Shown here: piece by piece, positions 57,690 to 64,000 of the stretch
Position numbering within the stretch: position 1 is the first letter of the stretch
How the letters are laid out: each line of letters begins with the position of its first letter
Notes under the pieces: generated by a model
Database searches by the model: none
Told to the model about the DNA's origin: nothing
The model's input: the letters and a program-made list of their open reading frames with translations, nothing else
Source: Candidatus Saccharimonadales bacterium
Lineage (GTDB): Bacteria; Patescibacteriota; Saccharimonadia; Saccharimonadales; DATKHC01
NCBI GenBank assembly: GCA_035510465.1
Contig: DATKHC010000021.1
Coordinates: 130,876-194,875, forward strand
DNA length: 64,000 bases
Reading direction: 5' to 3'
Position numbers and translations under genes: made by a program

Positions 57690-58157
57690 CTAGTTAGCTG
57701 TTATGTAGTTAATGTAGCTGGTGTTGTGGTCAAACTTGCATATATTTTTATCGATTATCTTAAGGAGTTCTAGAAGTTGATCCTGTTTTTTTGAATGAAG
57801 TGATTTAAGAAAAGGGGAGTAGTACTTTTCGATAATGTCTGACGCCGCTTCAGTCATGCGATGTCCTTTTTGAGTCAAGATTGCCATATGAACCCTTCTG
57901 TTCCTTGAATCAATAACCATTCTAATAACTCCCATTTTCACCAAAACCCTTATTTGTCGGCTAATTGCTGCTTCAGTCTGACCCAGAGCAAAAGCGATAA
58001 ACTTTTGTTTAGGTTTAGGATTTGAATAAATAACTTCCATGATTTTAAACTGAGTGTTACCAATCCCCAATTGCTCAAGGAGAATTTGATCTATATCTCT
58101 TGCTAGGAGGGTACTTATATGTTGTAGTATATATAGAGGTGTTTCTGATTTTTGCAT
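57690..58157 (-). CDS. MarR-family transcriptional regulator
   Basis: Winged-helix region ..FIAFALGQTEAAISRQIRVLVKMGVIRMVIDSRNRRV... Start at ATG 58157 (the track gives 58181). Confidence 0.75.
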   Translation of the reverse strand: MQKSETPLYILQHISTLLARDIDQILLEQLGIGNTQFKIMEVIYSNPKPKQKFIAFALGQTEAAISRQIRVLVKMGVIRMVIDSRNRRVHMAILTQKGHRMTEAASDIIEKYYSPFLKSLHSKKQDQLLELLKIIDKNICKFDHNTSYINYITAN

Positions 58158-58238
58158 GAATACTACCGTCAACGTTACCAACCAATACTTAACATGTCAA
58201 GCTTCTAGAAATAACAGGGTAGGGGATTATCGGAGGAT

Positions 58239-59021
58239 TTACTTATGGATAACTTTATAGAGTTTGTGCCAGTCGTCTAGCGATAATTTTTGGGGTCGTA
58301 GGTTCGGGTCCAGACCAACACCAATGATAATTTGCTCTGTCTCCTGCCTGTTTAATCTAAGGCCTGCGGATAAAGAATTTAAAACTGTCTTCCTTCTTGA
58401 AGAGAAACCTGCTCTAACGATACGGAAATATTCGTCTTCTTTTACGCTTTCGTACAATGGTTTTTTTCTCCTGATCAGGATTACAACTTGTGAGTCAACT
58501 TTGGAATTTGGAGTAAACTTGTCAGCGGTAATAATTTGTCCCAGATTGCAGTTAAAGTAAAACTGAGTTGCTACCGATAACAAGGACATCTTCCCTGGCT
58601 TAGCGCAGACCCTTTGAGCGACTTCTTTCTGAACGAGAAGTATAGCCAAGCTCGGGGGGTTTGTAGATTCTGAAATTAAACGTAATAGTTTACTAGTTAA
58701 GTAATATGGGATGTTTGCTACCACCTTGTAATCTTTTGTTAAGACAGATAGGTCAAAACTCAAAATATCACTATTAATAATTTCCAGGTTATTCGCTTTT
58801 ATCTTGTCCTCAAGCTTAGGGATTAAGCTTTTATCGAACTCAACTGCTATGACTTTTCCAGCAAATTTGACTAATTGATTGGTTAAATCGCCTTGCCCTG
58901 GTCCAATTTCGAGTACAGTATCTGATTTGGTCAAACCAGCTTCACCAACTACAGCGTCTAAGCTGGCCTTATCTCTTAGCCAATACTGGCCAAGTGGCTG
59001 AGGAAGATTACTGCTTGCCAT
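58239..59021 (-). CDS. rsmA: 16S rRNA (adenine1518/1519-N6)-dimethyltransferase RsmA/KsgA
   Basis: GQYWLRD, the SAM motif LEIGPGQGDLT, and NIPYYLTS. Confidence 0.9.
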   Translation of the reverse strand: MASSNLPQPLGQYWLRDKASLDAVVGEAGLTKSDTVLEIGPGQGDLTNQLVKFAGKVIAVEFDKSLIPKLEDKIKANNLEIINSDILSFDLSVLTKDYKVVANIPYYLTSKLLRLISESTNPPSLAILLVQKEVAQRVCAKPGKMSLLSVATQFYFNCNLGQIITADKFTPNSKVDSQVVILIRRKKPLYESVKEDEYFRIVRAGFSSRRKTVLNSLSAGLRLNRQETEQIIIGVGLDPNLRPQKLSLDDWHKLYKVIHK

Positions 59022-59035
59022 AGATTTTAGTTAGG

Positions 59036-60265
59036 CTACCACCAACCATTATCTGACCAGTGAATTTGCGCCCCCGCCCAGCCGCCGTATCTACTTAGGG
59101 CATAGTTGTTAAAGAAGTTAAGTTGACAGACTGCGTCGACCTGCCAATCAGGACAAACAACTGATAATCCAGAAGGATAACCACAAGACTGCCCCAGTCC
59201 TACACAGCCTGAATGGCTAACATCATCGGGGTTCCAGTTTGATTCATGCGTAATAATATAATCCGCATCAGCATAGCTACCGGGATCTATGTTAGAGTCT
59301 TTCAGCCAAGTGATATTATCTCCTCCATCTACGGCTTGGATGCCAATCCCTTTGGAGATAATCTCAGGGGTTGGAGGAGTTATAGTAACTTGTTGAATCA
59401 AACTTCTGGTGGCAGCAGCCCCAGTTCCGCTAACTGAATAAACCGCAAGAGCCAACCCATTTACACCCGCTTGAGTAACTACAGAGGTGCCAAAAGGAGC
59501 CGATGGATCGTAAACGGTTTGACTGGTAAACGGCACTGGTTCTTGGGTTGATATCAGCTGTTGGCCAACCGGTACAACAATGACTTGCATATTGGCTGTT
59601 ACTGGAGTCGAAGTAGCTGGTAATACGTTGTTGCCGGTGGAAGTTTTAATTTTTTCATCCGATAATAGTTCAGCCACCGTTGTGGCATGTGTCCTTACGG
59701 TCACTTGGCTGCCGTAAAGGTTTAGGCTAACAGGGGTAGCTGGATCAACAGTAATCTCCTCTCCCAGTACATTTTCATCAATACTTGTTGCGTCCGTAGT
59801 TGGCGTTACATAATCCTCAGGATATATGGTGAAACCAGCCTGTTGGGCAATTACTCTGGGATCATTGCTAGCTGTCAGAATCACTTGTTTTTGGTTATTT
59901 TCAACTACCGTAACTGAATGTTCTCTATATACGTTAATTTGAAAGTTATTTTGCAGAATGGCTGTGTTTTGATCTGGCTCAACTATATCTCCGGGATTGA
60001 GTGTAATATTAAGGCGTTTTAGTAAATCCCCTACCGTTTGGGCGGTTGTTGGGATAATTTGCTGTTGACCACCGTCAATAGATAGCTCTACGACTCTGGA
60101 ATCGCCTGCTCCGATCGTTGTACCACTCTTAGCAATAAACACGATCATAGTGGCAAAAAAAAGCACTAAAAAAGTTATTACTGGCACCATATATGGGTGC
60201 CGCAAGCGATGAAAACGATCAAGCCGTACTTCTTTTTTTACCTGAGTTGGTTTAGTTGGATTCAT
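59036..60265 (-). CDS. Cell-wall protein with DUF348-like repeats, a G5-like region and a C-terminal transglycosylase-like domain
   Basis: N-terminal TM, repeated ..TVGDLL..L.. modules, and a C-terminal ITHESNWNP..GLGQ..HWSDNGWW. Confidence 0.65.
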   Translation of the reverse strand: MNPTKPTQVKKEVRLDRFHRLRHPYMVPVITFLVLFFATMIVFIAKSGTTIGAGDSRVVELSIDGGQQQIIPTTAQTVGDLLKRLNITLNPGDIVEPDQNTAILQNNFQINVYREHSVTVVENNQKQVILTASNDPRVIAQQAGFTIYPEDYVTPTTDATSIDENVLGEEITVDPATPVSLNLYGSQVTVRTHATTVAELLSDEKIKTSTGNNVLPATSTPVTANMQVIVVPVGQQLISTQEPVPFTSQTVYDPSAPFGTSVVTQAGVNGLALAVYSVSGTGAAATRSLIQQVTITPPTPEIISKGIGIQAVDGGDNITWLKDSNIDPGSYADADYIITHESNWNPDDVSHSGCVGLGQSCGYPSGLSVVCPDWQVDAVCQLNFFNNYALSRYGGWAGAQIHWSDNGWW

Positions 60266-60370
60266 AGTTGTGTGAACTAAAGCTGGTCTCCGTTGGCCTC
60301 AAACTTACTCAGTCAGTTCCAGATTTCAGTCTAGCAAATGCCACCTGTAAAGGCCAAGTAATCTTAACCC

Positions 60371-63300
60371 TTATATCAACTTATTAAATGGAGCAAACGC
60401 CAAAGATAAATTCTTTAAGCCACCCTTCTTAAAATGAACTACTACCCTATCGCCGGCTACTTCAATCACCTCCCCGGGCCCAAAAATCTTATGATTAACC
60501 AAATCACCCTCAGATACTTCAATTTCATAACGAACTTCATCCTCATAGGCATGGCTAGTAAGCTTTTCTGAGTTTTGGTCTAGGTCGTACTGATTAGGCG
60601 AGGTTTCAAACTCTGCCTCCATATCGCTCAAAAACCTTGACGGGGGGTTATGTTGAACGCTGCCATAAAGTAGACGACTGGTTGCATAGCTTAGGTAAAG
60701 CTCTTTTTTTGCCCTGGTCATGCCAACATAACAGAGCCGTCTCTCTTCCTCTAAATTTTCTTGGTCGTATAGTGAGCGGCTACTTGGGAATATTGTTTCT
60801 TCCATCCCAACCATAAATACAGTCGGAAATTCCAAACCTTTAGCTGCATGCATCGTCATAAGCGTTACGCTATCTTCTTGGGTCTGTGCCATTTCAAGCT
60901 TAGATATTAACGACACTCCCTCTAAGAACTCTCCGAGATCAGAGCTTAAATACTCTTTCGTAACGCTAAGCAGTTCCTGGACGTTTTGTGTCCGGCTCTC
61001 CCCCTGAATAGTACCGTCACTTAAGAAAGCATAATAATCTACTCGTCTGACTAGACTATCAATCAAACTATTTAGGGGTGCTTCCTCGCTGTATTGTTTA
61101 AGCGAACTTAGGATGTCAGCCAGCTCACCAAGCCCAGTCTTAGCTTTAGTAGTTAGACTTGGATGCTTGTCCGCTCGGTTTAGGGCTTCCGATAGAGAAA
61201 GTTTATTCTGGTGCTGCCATATGAAAAAGTCACTTAGTGATTTGGCGCCTATGCCTCTGGTGGGCACGTTAACAATTCGCTCAAAACTAATCCGATCTTC
61301 GGGCTGGTAGATTAATCTAAGGTAAGCAATTATATCCTTAATTTCTTTTCTATCGTAAAAACGTAGTCCGCCGACAATCCTGTAAGGAACTGCATAGCGA
61401 ATAAAAGCCTCTTCCAAAGCACGGCTCTGGGCATTGATACGGTACAAAATCGCAAAATCTGCATAATTATTTAGCTTTGCATCGGCCAGTGCCCGGATTC
61501 GGGTTACAATTGCCTCCGCTTCCTCAGACTCCGAAGAGTATTGAACTATATGAACGGGTTTACCGCTGCCCTCAGACGTCCAAAGTTTTTTTTCCGATCT
61601 CTTCTGATTTTTGCTTATAACGGAGTGGGCGGCATCTAGGATTGACTTTGTGCTGCGATAATTTTGCTCAAGTTTTATTATTTGGGCTCCAGGAAAATCT
61701 TGCTCAAACTTCAAAATATTACGAAAATCTGCTCCCCTCCACGAATAAATTGAATTGTGCACAGCGATGCCTGACACAAGGTAGGTATGCACTTTTTCTA
61801 TATCTAGGTCGTAAACAAAACCAGAATATGTTTGTTTAGTAACCTCTACGACCTTATCTGTGACGATCTTGTCCCCCTCAAGCACAGGAATATCCATTTC
61901 TTGGTGAATTTGGCCAGCTGGCATAAAATAAAACTTCTTATTAGTTAAGAAACTATACTTAATAAGTATAGTTTCCTCAGTCTTACCTTGTTTGATCTTT
62001 TCAACTATTTGTTCGATTTTTCCGTAATCAAGATTTGAGATCTCTGTTCTGAATGTTCCTGCCCGGCCGGCCCTTATGGTGTAGCCCAAGTCCTCAAACA
62101 GTTTTAAGTCTTTTTTTGAAGTTGTATTTACGGAAATTCTACTCGCTGACCAGCCGCCTTGCCCCGCAAGCCTCTTGTCCCCAAAAAGGACAACGTTTAT
62201 TACGACCCTTTTGCGGTTTTTTCTACTCGTTGCTTGAGGCAAAAAGTGCGGATACTCAAAAGCTAAGCCTAATTCAGTCATTAGTTTTTTTGCTCTTTCC
62301 TCGGTATCAATTTCGGAATAAATTGCGTCAATGTGTTTCTGGCTAATGTACATAGATCGGTTGGCGAATGCATGAAATACAAGCATTGGTATACCGTACT
62401 TATATGCATAGAGCGATTCAGTGTATATCGCTTCGTCTTTATCCTTGCAGACCTTAATAATCCACATTCGGTCTGCTCTTTCCTGATTTGCCCTCACACG
62501 CAGCCCAATATCGTCCTTTTTACCATCAAATCTGGTACCTTTGGCTAGTCCTATCCGATACCCTTTCTCGGATGAGTACATTAAATATACGAAATAGGAA
62601 TCGGTTTTTTCCCATCGAGCAAAGAGAAGATGGTTTGGTGTACAAACTAGTTCCTTGCCGGAAGCTGTCTTAATACGTATGACATCCCCTTTGTAGGCAA
62701 ATTTCTTTTGACTCTCTACTTTAAAATAACCCGTATTTCCATAACCGCTGGCGGATTTAACTAAATATCCTTTTTTTATGGCTTCTATTTTTCTGCTACC
62801 CTCTTTGGTTTCGATGAGGCTCCCTGGCATTAAACATTGCCAGTCATCACCCACAACTGCGATATTTTTTTGCTTTCCCAGGAGAAGCTTGATCAATTCA
62901 TATTGAGCCTGGTTAGTGTCCTGATACTCATCAACCATGATGTATTTGAACTGTTTTTGCCATTTTAATTTAACCTCGTTGTCGGACCTTAGAAGTTGTA
63001 CGGTCTTTAGGAGTAGGTCATCAAAATCAAGACCATGGGCCTGTTTTAAGATTGATTCATACTCCGGAAAGACACTAGCTGCCACCCGCTGCAGCTGACC
63101 ACTAGCTAGAGTTGCGTAAGTTTCCGGGTCAATCATTTCATTTTTACTAGAACTGATTATTGAGCTGATTGAACGAGCAGGATAACTTTTCTCTTCAATT
63201 TTGAGGTTTTTCATGGCCTGTTTGATCGCATTTAGATGGTCAGCCTCATCAAAAATAACGAAGTTTGACGGGATACCAATGTTTGCGCCATCAACTCTTA

Positions 63301-63601
63301 AGAGCTTGACGCAGACTCCATGAAATGTGCCAAGAAAAGGCATGAACATGCGATGAGCTGAGTTTTGACCAAGTAATTTCGCAACTCGTTCGCGCATTTC
63401 GTTGGCTGCTTTGTTTGTGAAAGTAACTGCTAATATTTCCTGAGGTTTTGTGTCGGTCGTAGCTAACAAATACGCCATTCTATGCGTTAAGGTTTTAGTT
63501 TTGCCAGAACCCGCCCCCGCCAATATAAGCAAAGGGCCGTTAACTTGCTTAACTGCCCTTACCTGTTCGCTATTTAATCCAACTGTAAGTTCATCTGACA
63601 C
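60371..63601 (-). CDS. pcrA: PcrA/UvrD-family DNA helicase interrupted by an intein
   Basis: Walker A AGAGSGKTKTL, DEYQD, then ..VVGDDWQ | intein | SIYSWRGAD (motif III), plus later helicase motifs. The extein is about 715 aa. Confidence 0.9.
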   Translation of the reverse strand: MSDELTVGLNSEQVRAVKQVNGPLLILAGAGSGKTKTLTHRMAYLLATTDTKPQEILAVTFTNKAANEMRERVAKLLGQNSAHRMFMPFLGTFHGVCVKLLRVDGANIGIPSNFVIFDEADHLNAIKQAMKNLKIEEKSYPARSISSIISSSKNEMIDPETYATLASGQLQRVAASVFPEYESILKQAHGLDFDDLLLKTVQLLRSDNEVKLKWQKQFKYIMVDEYQDTNQAQYELIKLLLGKQKNIAVVGDDWQCLMPGSLIETKEGSRKIEAIKKGYLVKSASGYGNTGYFKVESQKKFAYKGDVIRIKTASGKELVCTPNHLLFARWEKTDSYFVYLMYSSEKGYRIGLAKGTRFDGKKDDIGLRVRANQERADRMWIIKVCKDKDEAIYTESLYAYKYGIPMLVFHAFANRSMYISQKHIDAIYSEIDTEERAKKLMTELGLAFEYPHFLPQATSRKNRKRVVINVVLFGDKRLAGQGGWSASRISVNTTSKKDLKLFEDLGYTIRAGRAGTFRTEISNLDYGKIEQIVEKIKQGKTEETILIKYSFLTNKKFYFMPAGQIHQEMDIPVLEGDKIVTDKVVEVTKQTYSGFVYDLDIEKVHTYLVSGIAVHNSIYSWRGADFRNILKFEQDFPGAQIIKLEQNYRSTKSILDAAHSVISKNQKRSEKKLWTSEGSGKPVHIVQYSSESEEAEAIVTRIRALADAKLNNYADFAILYRINAQSRALEEAFIRYAVPYRIVGGLRFYDRKEIKDIIAYLRLIYQPEDRISFERIVNVPTRGIGAKSLSDFFIWQHQNKLSLSEALNRADKHPSLTTKAKTGLGELADILSSLKQYSEEAPLNSLIDSLVRRVDYYAFLSDGTIQGESRTQNVQELLSVTKEYLSSDLGEFLEGVSLISKLEMAQTQEDSVTLMTMHAAKGLEFPTVFMVGMEETIFPSSRSLYDQENLEEERRLCYVGMTRAKKELYLSYATSRLLYGSVQHNPPSRFLSDMEAEFETSPNQYDLDQNSEKLTSHAYEDEVRYEIEVSEGDLVNHKIFGPGEVIEVAGDRVVVHFKKGGLKNLSLAFAPFNKLI
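61754..62836 (-). mobile_element. Intein (361 aa) within helicase motif III
   Basis: Begins with Cys (CLMPGSLIET..), ends ..SGIAVHN, and is followed by Ser. Boundaries verified at the nucleotide level (TGT at 62834-62836, AAT at 61754-61756). Confidence 0.85.
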
Positions 63602-63687
63602 TTTATACCTATTCTAACAAGCCAAGGAAGAATCCTCCTAAGAGCTTGTCTATTTTCAGCCGAGATAATAACTAATAAACTAGTAGT

Positions 63688-64000
63688 CTATTTTTTAATC
63701 ATTAGTACGACAAAACCTGCGACAGCGATCACCAATACAACTACTAAGATAACGATCAGCTTTTTCGAAGACTTACCACCGTGGTGCGACACCACAGGTG
63801 CTTGAACGGGAGGACCTTGGCTATCGACTGGAGCTGAACCAGGTAGGGTTGGCGGGGTTGTTGGGTCCTCGGCGCTAGTTGAAGGTTCAGGGCTAGCTGG
63901 AGGTGCGGCTACGCTTATTTGCTCAGGTGGAACTGAAGCAACTGGATCTGGCGACGAAAGTGGGGTTGATGTTTCAGGGCTAGCAGACGCGTCTTGACTT
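63688..64000 (-). CDS. Proline/serine-rich protein with a C-terminal TM anchor (5' end outside the window)
   Basis: Edge-truncated ORF not in the track. It reads ..PPVQAPVVSHHGGKSSKKLIVILVVVLVIAVAGFVVLMIKK*, with stop TAG at 63688-63690. Confidence 0.6.
   Translation of the reverse strand, partial: SQDASASPETSTPLSSPDPVASVPPEQISVAAPPASPEPSTSAEDPTTPPTLPGSAPVDSQGPPVQAPVVSHHGGKSSKKLIVILVVVLVIAVAGFVVLMIKK

Overview
AT-rich bacterial chromosome segment. The gene content suggests a small-genome Patescibacteria/CPR (Saccharibacteria-like) organism, but that is inference only. I call about 80 CDS, five tRNAs (Leu-UAA, Cys-GCA, Gly-GCC, Phe-GAA, Val-CAC) and one tmRNA. Housekeeping blocks: ABC exporter, GH10 xylanase, trehalase, ABC-2 transporter, PAS histidine kinase plus receiver, Crp regulator, RsmA, a DUF348/G5 wall protein, and an intein-containing PcrA/UvrD helicase. 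Most of the window is accessory DNA. It is organised as three tandem arrays of integrative elements, each anchored at the 3' end of a minus-strand RNA gene: tRNA-Leu at 17.1 kb, tRNA-Gly at 40.7 kb and ssrA at 57.2 kb. Each array carries a plus-strand large serine recombinase (LSR) whose ORF runs antisense into that RNA gene. Main finding: the attachment core (TGGTGC.. or TGGTGGAGC, the CCA end of the RNA gene) lies inside the LSR reading frame. A conserved 30-45 codon C-terminal tail, in frame with the recombinase, sits at the far end of each element directly after a second copy of the core. It shows many synonymous differences between copies. Integration therefore appears to split the recombinase gene, and excision would restore a longer protein. 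Decayed copies of these junctions flank single-gene or toxin-antitoxin cassettes. Second finding: a complete diversity-generating retroelement (RT, Avd, TR, VR). All 17 TR/VR differences fall at TR adenines, and a 98-bp (CTGT)n microsatellite sits inside the RT ORF, which looks like a phase-variation switch. Also notable are a GC-rich, probably horizontally acquired PurE-PurC fusion gene and a tmRNA overlapped antisense by a recombinase ORF. All coordinates were counted by hand and may be off by a few nucleotides. No database searches were possible.
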